From positions 17,856,001-17,920,000 of the forward strand of contig OX597843.1 in assembly GCA_951406725.2 (NCBI GenBank): a DNA stretch of 64,000 bases. The letters run 5' to 3'. The DNA is from Octopus vulgaris (lineage: Eukaryota). The translations under genes were made by a program, and so were the position numbers. Of this stretch, positions 45,522 through 59,622 are shown piece by piece; within the stretch, counting starts at the first letter, position 1; each line of letters starts with the position of its first letter. The notes below the pieces were generated by a model, which was not told the DNA's origin, did no database searches, and saw nothing but the letters and a program-made list of their open reading frames with translations.

Positions 45522-46270
45522 GGGGAAAGAGGCAGACACACAGATAGAAAGAGAGAGTATAATATAGTCACAGTCTCTCACACAAACCTCAAATTATTCG
45601 CCAAATTATTCGGAGAGGACATGATGTAATAATGAAGTCCACACATCTTCGTCTAACAATTCGATCGTAAAACTGCTCATTAACGACTGATGTGGTTGTT
45701 TTGTACAACAACAACAACCACAATATGTATACCATCACAATCATCGCCATCATCATAACCTCCCATGCCGCCACCACCACTAACACCGCTACTCTTGCGT
45801 TGTCGTCTGCTACTGTCAATGAAAGCAGACGACATCTTAATTTTGGTTCCAAATTTTGGCAAACGACCGGCAATTTCAGAGAGAGGGAGCTAGTCGATTA
45901 TTTGGTCGGTACTTATTTTTGTATTTGGTTAGTACTTATTTTCTCGACACCGATAGGACGAAAGGCATAGTCGATCTCGGCCGTATTTGAGCTCAGAAGG
46001 TCAAGAGTCAGAAGAAATACCGCTAAGCATTTTGTCCCACACGCTAACGCTTATGTTAGATCACTGCCTTAAATAATATTAGCTTCATACATTGGCACAA
46101 GGCCAGCAATTTCGTGTGAGGTGGGGAAGTCGATTACATCGCACCCCACCCCTTCTCAACTGATCCTTATTTTATCAACCCCAAAACGATTTAAGGCAAA
46201 GTTGACCTCAGCAGTATTTGGACTCAGAACGTAAAGACAGACGAAATGCCTAAATGCTAACAAGATGTTC

Positions 46271-46696
46271 GCCACCACAGATTTGCTTGTCACTTAACCA
46301 GTCGAGCATGTCCCTTAGTGGCTGGCGATATGTGCATCTCTGATCACGAGCAGAAGTAGTGGGGGAGCATCATAGCCATGTGTTGAGAGGAATTTATTGG
46401 GGTTTGAATAATTCACCTCTGGAAACATGGGTGTTTCGTTCATCATCCTTAAACACACCTTATTCAGGGACCTTTTAAGCAGGCTAGACTACTCGACCTG
46501 AAGGAAATTTTTATTGGGCCCCACCCCCTACAAGGTCATGCTCTGTTTATCTTGATATATCACCATGTCGCGCACATATGGTTGTGATGCATGTGCTTGG
46601 TCTACCCTTACTAGACAGGTAGTCATGGTGGGTATACTGGGCTTCGTATATTTTACCCCAGTGTCACTTTGATGGCATACACTGCTCTCTCACTCA
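46271..46696. repeat. Repeat family C, second copy
   Basis: Colinear with 6550-6981. Confidence 0.75.
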
Positions 46697-46884
46697 ACAA
46701 CAACAACAACAACAAAGAAGAGCATTGTCGCTGTGAAAACAACATCCATCCATGAATTTATTTATTTATTAATTTTTAAATACATATTTTACCTGTGAAT
46801 TTGCGTGTGTAATCTGGGAATGCATACAATGCCCTTCTCTGCCCTATGTGTACGAAAAACACTCGGCGAGAAATGGAAGGAAAT

Positions 46885-46976
<92 letters not shown>

Positions 46977-46989
46977 TAACAATAACAAT

Positions 46990-47405
46990 AATAAAAATAG
47001 ACCAGACATAACATTTATAGATAAGGAAAAGCGAAGTTGTCTACTTATCGACCCATCCTGCCCGTTTGGTTCCGGGATCGTAAAGGAAGAGGAAGAAGAA
47101 AGAAAACAAAAAAATACAATCCCTTAAAATTTGAAATAGGAAGAATTTGGAGCAGGAGAACAGTAAAGGTGGTGCTTATGATAATTGGTGTGTTGGGGGA
47201 CAGTAAGCAAAGATATGGAGAAATGGCTGAAGGAGACTGAAATAGAATGCCTGGTAGAGCTCCTACTGAAAGTTTGTTTCTTGGGGACATCAAGGATTAT
47301 CGGGAAGGTTCGAAGCACTTGAAAGACTGTTGAAAACTTGTTTATACCTAAGGCTACAGGTAGTAACCCGCCACCAGGAATAAGACCGAACCTGAGCCAA
47401 AGCAA
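46990..47405 (+). mobile_element. R4/Dong-type REL fragment in (AAT)n
   Basis: NRPDITFIDKEKRSCLLIDPSCPF..KYNPLKFEIGRIW..IIGVLG. Confidence 0.8.
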
Positions 47406-47729
47406 AATAATAATAATAACAATGATATGTTCTTAATGTTAAACCCAACCAATAATAATAATAATAATCCTTCTACTAAAGGCCCAAGGCGTGGAATTTT
47501 GGCGGCGGTAGGGTACTGGTCGATCATCTCCACTTATCACCTGACTGGTTCCAATTGTATGGAGCCTGAACGGATGAAAGGCGATTTCGACATTGGTGGA
47601 ATTTGACCTCAGAGCGTAAAGATGGACGAAATGGTGTTAAGCCTTTTGTCCGTCATGCTAAGGTTTCTGCCAACTCTCCACCTCAGATGTCGTCTTCATT
47701 ATACATGTACAGGGCGAAACTTCAGCTTT

Positions 47730-48131
47730 CATACCTATTTCTTTACTACCCACAAGGGGCTGAACACAGAGAGGACAAACGGATTAAGTCGGTTACATCG
47801 ACCCCAGTGCGTAACTGGTACTTAATTTATCGACCCCGAAAGGTTGAAAGGCAAAGTCGACCTCGGCGGAATTTGAACTCAGAACGTAACGGCAGACGAA
47901 ATACCTATTTCTTTACTACCCACAAGGGGCTATACACAGAGAGGACAAACAAGGACAGACAAATAGATTAAGTCGATTACATCGACCCCAGTGCGTAACT
48001 GGTACTTAATTTATCGACCCCGACAGAATGAAAGGTAAAGTCGACCTCGGCGGAATTTGAACTCAGAACGTAACGGCAGCCGAAATACCGCTAAGCATTT
48101 CGCCCGGCGCGCTAACGTTTCTGCCAGCTCG
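47730..48131 (-). mobile_element. SINE family B multimer
   Basis: Cores at ~47850 and ~48035, same TTTCTTTACTACCCACAAGGGG junction. Confidence 0.82.
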
Positions 48132-48465
48132 ACCTTCAGAAATATATGTCCCTGTCGCGCGCTTCCGGGTTGTTCAGTAGCCGGAGTACAATGTAGCTGT
48201 GGAGGCGTGGGGGAGGTTATATTTATAATAATAACGGTGGGGAACCATTACACACACACACACACACACGTACGCATGCACGTCAGCCATGACCTCTACT
48301 GTTTATATGTTTATGTGTGTATTTAGGCATCTAAAAGCAAGTTTTCGTTTCATCGATGCCGGCATCACTTTTACTGGTAACTTAAGAAGGCTTAAAGTAT
48401 TCTGCGTCTGTTATCGTGTATACATACACACACACACACGGTACATACATATATGTGTTTCTGTG

Positions 48466-48506
<41 letters not shown>

Positions 48507-48725
48507 TTATCGTGTGTGTATGTATAGATACACACGCACACACATAAATGTATATATATACATATGCGTGTGTGCATACACGCACATACATAAATATACT
48601 TACATATATATATATGTATGTGTGTGTATACATATATATATATATATGTACATATATACATACAAGATAAACACACGCACACACATCCACAAACACATAT
48701 GTCTGTATGTACGTATGTATGAATG

Positions 48726-48808
<83 letters not shown>

Positions 48809-48894
48809 ACGTGTATGTGTGTGTACGTATTATGAACGTTCTTTTGACATATGAAACTTTGTATATATGCACGTATACATTTATATATTTATAT

Positions 48895-49312
48895 TTTACT
48901 CTTTTACTCTTTTATTTGTTTCAGTCATTTGACTGCGGCCATGCTGGAGCACTGCCTTTAGTCGAGCAAATCGATCCCGGGACTTATTCTTTGTAAGCCC
49001 AGTACTTATTCTATCGGTCTCTTTTTGCCGAACCGCTAAGTGACGGGGACGTAAACACACCAGCATCGATTGTCAAGCGATGCTAGGGGGACAAACACAC
49101 ACACACAAACATATACACACACACACATATATACATATATACATATATACGACAGGCTTCTTTCAGTTTCCGTCTACCAAATCCACTCATAAGGCATTGG
49201 TCGGTCCGGGGCTATAGCAGAAGACACTTACCCAAGATGCCACGCAGTGGGACTGAACCCGGAACCATGTGGTTGTTTAGCAAGCTACTTACCACACAGC
49301 CACTCCTGCGCC
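48895..49312 (-). mobile_element. SINE family A, full length
   Basis: Reverse complement of family A. Confidence 0.88.
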
Positions 49313-49808
49313 TATGCATATATATATACTATCGGGCAGCTTTTAAGCTGGCTCCTGTGGAGGGCTCTTCATTGGGTCTTGGGCCCCACAGTGACACTTC
49401 ATGCATTAAGTACATATTGGATTTTATTAAACTTGACCAAAATTTTTCAAGCAATGAACAATTTTCACCAAAACAATGATATAATTTGTCAACTTGGAAT
49501 TTATTGCCAAGCTGCATGATAAACAACAGTACCACCACCATCGCCACAGCATCTGCCATACACACAAAATTCTGACGCCACCTCCATCAATACCTTTGAC
49601 GTCACCGCCTTTCCCTCCACCACCATCACCACTGTCTTTCACATCACTCTCTAACCGCCTGGCCACCACCACAAACACCACCATCATCATCACCGCCGTC
49701 TCCGCCTCTATCACAACCCATAGCAACAGTAGGAGTGTCAATGAATAGTGACACACAGACAGACAGAAATTAGGTTTCGCATTTATTATATTATATCATA
49801 TTATATCT

Positions 49809-49865
<57 letters not shown>

Positions 49866-49869
<4 letters not shown>

Positions 49870-50237
49870 TGTGTGGTTCCGGGTTCAGTCCCACTGCGTG
49901 GCACCTTGGGCAAGTGTTTTCTGCTATAGCCTCGGGCCGACCAATGCCTTGTGAGTGGATTTGGTAGACGGAAACTGAAAGAAGCCTCTCGTATATATGT
50001 ATATATATATGTATGTGTATGTCTGTGTGTCTGTGTTTGTTACCCTAGCATTGCTTCACAACCGATGCTGGTGTGTTTAGGTCCCCGTCACTTAGCGGTT
50101 CGGCAAAAAAGAGACCGATAGAATAAGTACTGGGCTTACAAAGAATAAGTCCTGGAGGTCGATTTGCTCGACTAAAGGTGGTGCTCCAGCATGGCCGCAG
50201 TCAAATGACTGAAACAAATAAAAGAGAGTAAAAGAGA
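49866..50237 (+). mobile_element. SINE family A with a small head deletion
   Basis: Family consensus. Confidence 0.85.
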
Positions 50238-50296
50238 AAAATATATACCTCTCTCCTTCTCTCTATCTCTCCCTCCCTACCTCCCACTCTCCTTCC

Positions 50297-50330
<34 letters not shown>

Positions 50331-50533
50331 AGTAGTTGAATGAATTATCTTAGTATGGATAATTCGGTTAACCGATACACGGGTAGCAAATTCACGTCAG
50401 AAAAACACGGTTGAAGCTACATGCCAAGGGCAGAGATCACGTGCTTTCGTGTGGAAATTTGTGTGTTTTGTCGAGAATAAAGGAATTTTGTTAAATCGTC
50501 GTTCAACTCCATTCTTTCATTTTTATATATATA

Positions 50534-51106
50534 CTAGCAGTATCGCCCGGCGTTGCTCGGGTTTGTAAGGGAAATAACTATATAAGCATTTTTAGTTATA
50601 GCAAAAAAATTAGCAAAAAATGCATTAAAAATGGAATAAAAAATGATGGTAATTTTTTTTTTAATCGTTGACTCATCGTAGACGCTTTCTTAGCCATTTC
50701 TGTTTTGGTGTCTTCAAGCCATTGAAGTCGTTGTTCTAAAAGAACGCTGGTCTCCTTGACAATGCTTTACGACGTTGATTTCCTTACACTCCCTACCCCA
50801 CAGCTTCACGAGGGAGGGAAGAAGGGGGAGAAGCAAGACAGGTGCAGGTGTGACCATGAACGCCAACTCTGCCGCCATCGACACACGAAAAAATGTGCAT
50901 TAAAATGGAATAAAAAATGATGTTAAATTATTTTTAAAATCGTAGACTCATCGTAGATGCGCGCTAATACCCAGAACGGGCTCGATATGAATCACGACTA
51001 TAAGATACCCGAATTTGGTTGAACTGCACCGCAAAATGTGGGAGTAGTTAGGAATCTAAATCGAAGGGGACAGACACTCACACAACTACAGTTTTATATA
51101 TATAGA
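50534..51106 (-). mobile_element. Non-autonomous Helitron
   Basis: Minus strand starts TCTATATATATAAAAC, ends CCCGAGCAACGCCGGG (hairpin)..CTGCTAG, inserted between A and T with no TSD; ~70-bp internal duplication. Confidence 0.8.
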
Positions 51107-51650
51107 TATTAAATATATTAATATATATATTGCGAGGGTATGAGAGATATTGGTGTCTAGCAGACCCAAAGAGTGTCAGGTAACTCTAAGTAAGTTCTAT
51201 GGATAGACCGTGGTTAAACTCTTGGTTCGATAATGATACGCGTGAGGAGTCTAACGTAGGTCTTGTATTAGCATGCTATAGATATATACAATAGACAGAA
51301 TGAGATAACAAATCCAGGGCTGTGAGGAGTCTTCAGAACATTTATAAAGAACGTGTGGTAGGAAGCTTGTATCCCAACCACATGGTTCCGGGTAAGCGTC
51401 TTCTACTATAGCCTCGGACCGAATAAAGCCTTCTGGGTGGATTTAGGATGCAGAAACTGAAAGGCGGTCTACCAGCATGATCGCAGTCAAATGACTGAAA
51501 CAAGAATATATATATGTATATATGCATATATGTGTGTATGTATAATACACACACACACACACACACACATATACAAACAAAATTGTGTGTGTATGTATAT
51601 ATATATATATATATACAGGTACATATACACACTCATATATATGTACATAT

Positions 51651-51722
<72 letters not shown>

Positions 51723-52074
51723 ATATATATATGTATGTATATATATATGCATGTATATGTATATATATGTATATGTATATATATGTGTGTGTGTCTGTAT
51801 AATATAAATGTAATTTAGGTTCAGTTGAACGTGGAACTTCAATTGAGGCACCTTGTTAGCCCGAACTCATCTGCTCTCAGACATTATCAGGTGAGTATCA
51901 AACTCTGCAGAGAATTTTGTTCCACCTCATATCCTTGCAATGTGTGCAGAAAACACGATGCAACTTAACGAATAAATCCACTCCTTTTGGTTCAGACATG
52001 TACTTTATATAAAGATACTTTCCAAACACTTTGGAAGTGCTGATTCCAGGCTAGGTGGGTAACATATAAATGAG

Positions 52075-52475
52075 AACAAAGATGTATAAGAGTCAATTCA
52101 TTACGGCCGTTTCGAGCGACTCCTTTAATTGATCATTGAAAGCATTACATCGTTACAAAGAAAACCCTTCTCATCAGATGACCGCATAAAAGACAAGCTA
52201 GATATTTAAACATATTCATATCATGGATAGAGAGCAAATATTTACATTGCTTCGGCTGGTAAATTTTTTGGCAGAAAATTTTGCAGCGGAATCATTGTAA
52301 ATATTTGCTCCCTATATTCTCTCTACGAATATGCTTAAATATCTAATTTATCCATTATCCTTGAAGTCTATGCGGTCCTCTGATGATAACGGTTCTCTTT
52401 GTAATAATATAATGCTTTCATTGATCAATTAAAGGAGTCGCTCGAAACGGCAGAATTGACACGTATACATCTTTG

Positions 52476-52477
<2 letters not shown>
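52075..52477. repeat. Diverged ~400-bp palindrome with a hammerhead motif in each arm
   Basis: Arms e.g. CCGTTTCGAGCGACTCCTTTAATTGATCA / TGATCAATTAAAGGAGTCGCTCGAAACGG and GAGCAAATATTTACA / TGTAAATATTTGCTC; centre ~52272. Confidence 0.85.
52098..52181 (-). ncRNA. Type I hammerhead motif (left arm; the right-arm copy at ~52376-52453 on + is damaged)
   Basis: TCAT-CTGATGA-GA..TC-GAAAC-GGCC-GTA-ATGA; stem II eroded. Confidence 0.6.
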
Positions 52478-52520
<43 letters not shown>

Positions 52521-52799
52521 CACACACATATATATATAATTATTATTTGAGGGAATATTAATCCTAACTTACAGGGAAAAATTCAATTTAGAAATACTAA
52601 ATCAAATTTCACACAATATAATATACATATATATATAAAAATTAGAAAAAAAACACCTTTTATCAATTCAAAATGAACAATTAAATTACACCATCTAGAA
52701 AATTACATATAATAGAAATATTAAAATTAAAATAACAATAATATACCGATGATTAAGTAAATTGCAAAAAAATAATAATAACGTATATATTTGGTAGAA

Positions 52800-52904
52800 T
52801 AACGACACGTGTTTCGTGGCTATATTTAAGAAATGTTTATTGTAAAAAAAATTAATAGTAGAAGTAAAATCACTTCGATATAAATATAGCCACTCATCAG
52901 GTTA
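52800..52904 (-). ncRNA. Type I hammerhead ribozyme with 13-bp stem II and large AT-rich loop
   Basis: TAAC-CTGATGA-GTGGCTATATTTA[52 nt]TAAATATAGCCAC-GAAAC-ACGT-GTC-GTTA; canonical core, palindromic ACGT loop III. Confidence 0.8.
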
Positions 52905-53689
52905 AAAATAAACTAGAATAATAAAATATACTTATATATATATATACATATATATAAGATACTAAATATACATTAAGGGAAAACTAAAAACAATACTTAA
53001 ATTATTAAATACTTTAAAATTAATTAATATACACAATGATAGTACAAGTCATTGATATTGTAATCAAAATAAGAAATGATTCAAATATAGACAAACTCAT
53101 TAAATAAGCTAACTATATATTTAATGTATGTGTGTATTATCTATAGATTTAATATATCACTCAATAATATAGTTCACTAAATATCAATTAAAATAATACC
53201 TAATTATCTTAAATGTAATGCTACTTAAAAACTCAACTTCGAAACATAAAGTTATTGCTAAGCAACATTATTATTACAGCGGTAAGCTGGCAGAATCGTT
53301 AGCACACCGGGCAAAATGGTTGGCGGCATTTCAACCGCCTTAACGTTCTGAGTTCAAATACCACCGAAGTCGACTTTGCCTTTCATCCTTTCGGGGTCGA
53401 TAAATAAGCACCAGTAAAACACGGGGGTTGATGTCATCGACTTACTCCCTCACATAAAATTTCAGGCCTTGTGCCTGTGGTAGAAAGGATTTGCGTGGCA
53501 CCTTCTACTATAGCCTCGGGCCGACCAAAGCCTTGTGAGTGGATTTGATAGACAGAAACTGAAACAAACCCGACGTATATTTATATATACATATATATAA
53601 TAATAATATTAGGGAGTAAATTCAAACTTACAGGGGAAAATTAGATTTAGGATTAAATCAAATTTCACAGTATAAATATATAAAATATG

Positions 53690-53857
53690 AATTAGAGATA
53701 AAACCACTATTAGGCAACTCAAACAGGGATAGACATAAACCAAAACATAAAAATAAATAAAATTAATATAATATACAAAATATACAAAATATAAAATTTA
53801 AAATTTATATTATTTAAAAAGTTTTAATTTATATTTATAAATAAATATTTATATATA

Positions 53858-53921
<64 letters not shown>

Positions 53922-54028
53922 GAATTTAAATTAATTGTAATTCGAATTGAATTATGGCCGTGAAACGTACGTAGTGGTTTTACTTATTATATTATATTAA
54001 ACTTTTTAATACTTTTTGATAGTTATAA

Positions 54029-54124
<96 letters not shown>

Positions 54125-54155
54125 TATAGAGACTTAGTAATTTTAATATTTCTAT

Positions 54156-54197
<42 letters not shown>

Positions 54198-54402
54198 TAA
54201 AATTAAAAAATTAATAGTTTAAAAACTTATATATTTAAAATTTAAAAAAAAATATATATATATAAAATTTATTTATAAATAAAAATTAAATAATATAAAT
54301 TTTAAATTTTATATTTTGTATATTTTGTATATTATATTAATTATATGTATTTTTGTGTTTCGGTTTATGTCTTGATTTGCCTAATAGTGGTTTTATCTCT
54401 AA

Positions 54403-54404
<2 letters not shown>
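53690..54404. repeat. AT-rich fold-back element related to the 52540-53200 element
   Basis: ATTAGAGATAAAACCACTATTAGGCAA..AATATACAAAATATACAAAATATAAAATTT and its reverse complement at 54285-54404; leader AACTTACAGGG..TAAATCAAATTTCAC shared with 52566-52612. Confidence 0.75.
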
Positions 54405-54468
<64 letters not shown>

Positions 54469-54677
54469 CGTGTGTGTCTGTATTTGTCCCCACAACCATC
54501 GCTTGACAACTGATGTTGGTGTGTTTATGTCCCCGTACATTAGCTGCTCGTCAAAAGGGACCGATAGAATAAGTACTAGGCTTACACAGAATAAGTCCTG
54601 GGGTCAATTGTTTGCCAAAAGGTAATGCTCTAACTTGACCGCAGTCAAAAGACTGAAAGAAGTAAAAGAAAAAAAAA

Positions 54678-54745
<68 letters not shown>

Positions 54746-54749
<4 letters not shown>

Positions 54750-55108
54750 TAGTAAATTTTTTATATCGTGCTTTCACTTCACTACCGAGCATAGCTCTGT
54801 GTGCCTTGGGTATGTGTTGTGATTTGTTGTGATGCTCTGATGGTTATTGTATGGAAAGTGTTCTGCGTAAGATGTGTGCAGTGCCTAGTAGGGCAATTTT
54901 CTGTATGTTATATGTGTTTATAAGTCCTGGTGTTTTTGTTATGTATTTGTCTGAATATTTTTTTATCATGCCTAATGTACCTACTATGATAGGAATTGTT
55001 TCTGTTTTTAGATTCCACATTCTGGTTACCTCTATTTCCAGGTCTTTGTATTTTGAAAGTTTCTCTATTTCTTTTAGAGACACGTTGCCATCCGCTGGTA
55101 TTGATACA
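54746..55108 (-). mobile_element. R4/Dong-type 3' fragment between (ATT)n tracts
   Basis: ORF 54844-55083: KEIEKLSKYKDLEIEVTRMW..IPIIVGTLG..QKIALLGTAHILRR. Confidence 0.85.
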
Positions 55109-55149
55109 TTATTATTATTATTATTATTATTTGTGCGTGTGTATGAATT

Positions 55150-55490
55150 TTAAAATGGCCTTTTCTTTTTGTTTTTCTTTTCGGGACTGTGGATTATTTG
55201 TTACATTTTTTGAAAAAATTATATTGAAATAGTTTTTCTTGCAAATTTCTAAATATTTGCTCATTGGAATTGTTCTTAGTTCTGGTCGAAGTATTTGTTG
55301 TTCGTGTATTCTGATTCGTTCACATAAAGAATCTTCGATATGATTGATGTAGTTTTACTTACAGTCGCAACAGATTATTAAACATATAAAATTTTTCCGC
55401 TGTCGTGTTTTGGTCTTGAAATAAGTTTCCAAATGCTCAAATTTATATGTACTACATGCCTAAATCTGCTTTCTCTACAAGTTACATCAA
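55150..55490 (-). pseudogene. Second, different Penelope-like GIY-YIG remnant
   Basis: Manual minus-strand translation NFICLIICCDCK*NYINHIEDSLCERIRIHEQQILRPELRTIPMSKYLEIC fits the N.IY.I.C..C...YIG.T...L..R...H pattern. Confidence 0.6.
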
Positions 55491-56715
55491 AAAATTCTCC
55501 TAGTATGAATTTTGCCCTTAGTAGGAATTTTAAAGATTATCTGGCTGACATTTGTAGTTGACTGTTGAGCTTTCTTTACGTAAAACATTAATACTTGAGC
55601 TTTCAAACAGGTTTGGCAGATTTACCTTAATGAATGCCCGCGTGGTTTTGAGTTCAATCCCACCGTGCGGCGCCGTGAATAAATATCTTCCACTAAAACT
55701 CAGAACCGACCGAAGTTTTGTGAGCGAATATGATAGTCAAAAACTGTGTGGAAGCCCATGGTGCAAATATCTGTGTGTGTGTGCGTGTGTGTGTGTGTGT
55801 GTGTTTGTTACTTTGTCACAGAATATGCAGTATTGGTTTGTTTACGTCCTCTTTTAGCAAAAGAGGCCGATAGAACAAGCACCAGGCTTGAAAAGAGTGA
55901 GTACCGGGGTTGATTTGTTCCACTAAACCTTCAGTGCAGTCCCTCAGCATGGCTGCAGTCCAATAACTAAAACAAATAAAAAATAATAGATAAAATACGT
56001 AAAAAAACTGATATCAGTTCATTTCTATCCAATACCATGTAGACATCGCAATTACTTTATAGATTTTGTTTTTAAGCCTTTACATACAAACATTGCGAGT
56101 TACGTTTAAGATACCTGGATTATCTTAAATACATTCCATCAAATGTCCCAGAAGGTGCCACTTTTATCAATGTTTATACTTGTATGATAATACATCCTAT
56201 CAAGTAGGCTTGGCAACAGTCGGGTATTGGGTGGAAGACAGATTTTAAATACGAACGTTTCAAATCAGATTTCATCATGGAAGCCCTGCTCCTGTCATTA
56301 GAAGACAACAACTTTGATAGAAAAAATGTATAAACTAGAAAAACGGAACAGCAATGGTCCCAAGAGTAGCTCCCTCGTATGCTAACCTTGTGATATGACT
56401 CTAAGATTAAAAGAAACAACATTTGACTAAAATTTTAAAGAATTCTTCTTAGATAAGCGAAAACGCTTTCGTGATGAATACTTTATTTTTTGAGACATAA
56501 TGAAAGGCAAACTATAAATGTATAGAATTCTAAACGCTTTTCATTCGTCCATTAGCTTCACAAAATAAAACAGTGAAAAAATTACCGTTTCTGGGGTGCC
56601 CATTGAATTATGTAATGTCAACTTTCCAAATATGTCGCCTCTTCTGTCTCCTCTCTTCACACTTCTTGCATATCACATCCTCTGATTTTTTCCCTCTTTC
56701 AAATTCGGCTGTCTT

Positions 56716-56758
<43 letters not shown>

Positions 56759-57364
56759 GTTTCTTTTTCGTCCCCGTTTTCTTCTTTTCTTTTTCCCTTC
56801 GCCAGTTTCTATTTCTTCTCCCTCCTCCGCCTCTTCGTCCCCTTCTCCTCTTCTTCTTCCTCATACCCCCTCTTTCTCCTCCTCCTCCTCCTCATCATTC
56901 TTTTCTTTCTTCCCAATATGTTTTTCTGTCATCTTTTCAAACACAGCACCACCCACCCACCCACCCCAAAACCACCACCATCATCACCGATGCCGCCATC
57001 TCGCAATCTAACGATTCCTAAACACCCCTACACACCTGTCTTATTCTTATCCACCACCACCACCACATCCGCCGTCGCCACAGCGATATACCATCATATA
57101 ATTTCCGGTTCAACGGCGCAGCTACAACTAAAATACTTAACACGTTTTCTCTGTGACACCGCCATCTTTGTGTATTTATTTTTTGATTTACTTGTATACA
57201 CATGTAAAATATAATGCATAGATGAGTGTGTGTATGTGTGTGTTTATATATGTGCGTATGTGTGTGTACATATGTATGAATATATTTACATATGCATATA
57301 CATAGATTTAATATATTTACAAACGTACAAGTGTGTGTATATGTACACATACATAGATATATAA

Positions 57365-57403
<39 letters not shown>

Positions 57404-57404
57404 T

Positions 57405-57486
<82 letters not shown>

Positions 57487-57673
57487 TTAGTTTGATAGAT
57501 ATACGTATTTATATATAGACACACACATATATATATATATACGTTGATTACTATATATAAACATCGATACATATTTTTACGCACATGTATATTAATACAT
57601 ACTCTGTATCTAACCATGGATACGTATATATACATATATCTCTGTGTATGTGTGTATATGTATGTATATCTGG

Positions 57674-57704
<31 letters not shown>

Positions 57705-57720
57705 TGCATGTGTGAGTATG

Positions 57721-57768
<48 letters not shown>

Positions 57769-57995
57769 CTTATATATAGCATATCTTTATAAATTATTTA
57801 TAGACGTACGCACACACACACATACATATATATGCGCGCACAGATATGTGTAAGCATGTTATACACATACATATATGTACATACATATGTATGCATGTAT
57901 ACACGCTTATACGTATGGATATATGCTTCCATGAGTATCCGTATATTATATACATAATCATCAGTACGAATATATGTACACACATACACAGATAT

Positions 57996-58068
<73 letters not shown>

Positions 58069-58339
58069 TATATATATATATACATACATATATATATATA
58101 TATGTATGTATATATATATATACATACATATATATATATATATATATATTATACATATATATATATGTGTGTGTGTGTGTATTTCGTTTTGGGATTTGGT
58201 TTGCAAGATTCTTTATATGAGTTCGTGTGTCTGGGGAGGGTCATTTTCTTTTTGTGCCTTATAATGTAACACACTCACCGGTAAAATTTCCACTTATTTC
58301 TTATTTTTATTTTCCTAAAATTTTCGTTGCGTCTTGCAA

Positions 58340-58551
58340 CCTTTTCAATAGTCAAGAAATTTGTATTTATGTACGTATGTATGCATGTATGTATGTATGT
58401 ATGTATGTATGTATGTATGTATGTATGTATGTATGTATGTATGTATGTATGTATGTATGTATGTATGTATGTATGTATGTATGTATGTATGTATGTATGT
58501 ATGTATGTATGTATGTATGTATGTATGTATGTATGTATGTATGTATGTATG

Positions 58552-58583
<32 letters not shown>

Positions 58584-58700
58584 TGTATGTATGTATGTAT
58601 GTATGTATGTATGTATGTATGTATGTATGTATGTATGTATGTGTGTATGTATGTTTGTATGTGTGTATGTATATATGTATGTATGTATGTATGTGTATAT
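58340..58700. repeat. (TATG)n microsatellite
   Basis: Direct reading. Confidence 0.95.
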
Positions 58701-58780
58701 ATATATATGTATAAGTCCTCCTGCCGAATTACACACATACATACAGACACATTCTCAGTCATACATAGATACATACATAC

Positions 58781-58813
<33 letters not shown>

Positions 58814-58909
58814 CACACACACACATACGTATTTATACCTTCATCTATATATATATATATATATATATATATAACTGACAATGTGTCTGTCTGTATGTAT
58901 GTATGTGTG

Positions 58910-59120
58910 TAATTCGGCGGGAGGACTTAAACGACATGCAAAGGTACATGAAGCCCAGTTACAACTACAGCCGGCTAATACCGGTAAAGGTTTTATCTGC
59001 CAATTCTGTACAAGACGTTGTAGAACTTTGGCTGGGCTAAAAAGTCACATTCGATCACAGAACCAGTAACAGTTAGGCTTCGTGCAATGGCCATACTCGA
59101 TAACGAGGGAGCAGCCATCA
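58910..59120 (+). mobile_element. RTE-like LINE extreme 3' end
   Basis: GLKRHAKVH..FICQFCTRRCRTLAGLKSHIR C2H2-like end and short 3' UTR. Confidence 0.6.
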
Positions 59121-59375
59121 TGTATGCATCACTAAAATTCGAGAACTACCCAACCAAGTTTTTTCAAATTTTAAACATGCCTTACTTAGGGTCCATGCAG
59201 TGTCATGGAACAAAATAAATTTTCAACTTCTTGCTTAATGCGAGCCCGGAGCAATCTCTTATCTCTTAAACTATTTCAGTATTACCTGACGAAAGTAATG
59301 TGGGATAATACTTTCAGTGTCAGTACTGAAACTATCATCTCACGTATATACATGCATGGACACACACACAACAAA

Positions 59376-59449
<74 letters not shown>

Positions 59450-59559
59450 ATGATCCGGTTCTTTACTGAAGATTGAAGGCTTCGAATGTCCCGTCCGTGT
59501 TTTTTGTATCGTCTTCTAAATGTTTCACGTTCTTGTCCCAGTTTGTATTTTTTTAAATC

Positions 59560-59621
<62 letters not shown>

Positions 59622-59622
<1 letters not shown>

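Noticed and set aside
58310-58356. GTTGC/GCAAC hairpin followed by GAAA on the minus strand
   Set aside because: Upstream core reads TTGAAAA rather than CTGANGA, and there is no stem I.
59285-59325. CTGACGA followed by a hairpin, hammerhead-like
   Set aside because: The stem is followed by TCAG rather than GAAA, and the segment belongs to the Helitron-like family.
59463-59500. CTGAAGA..TTCGAATGTC possible hammerhead
   Set aside because: GAAA core is broken and stems I and III are unsupported; at most a decayed remnant.
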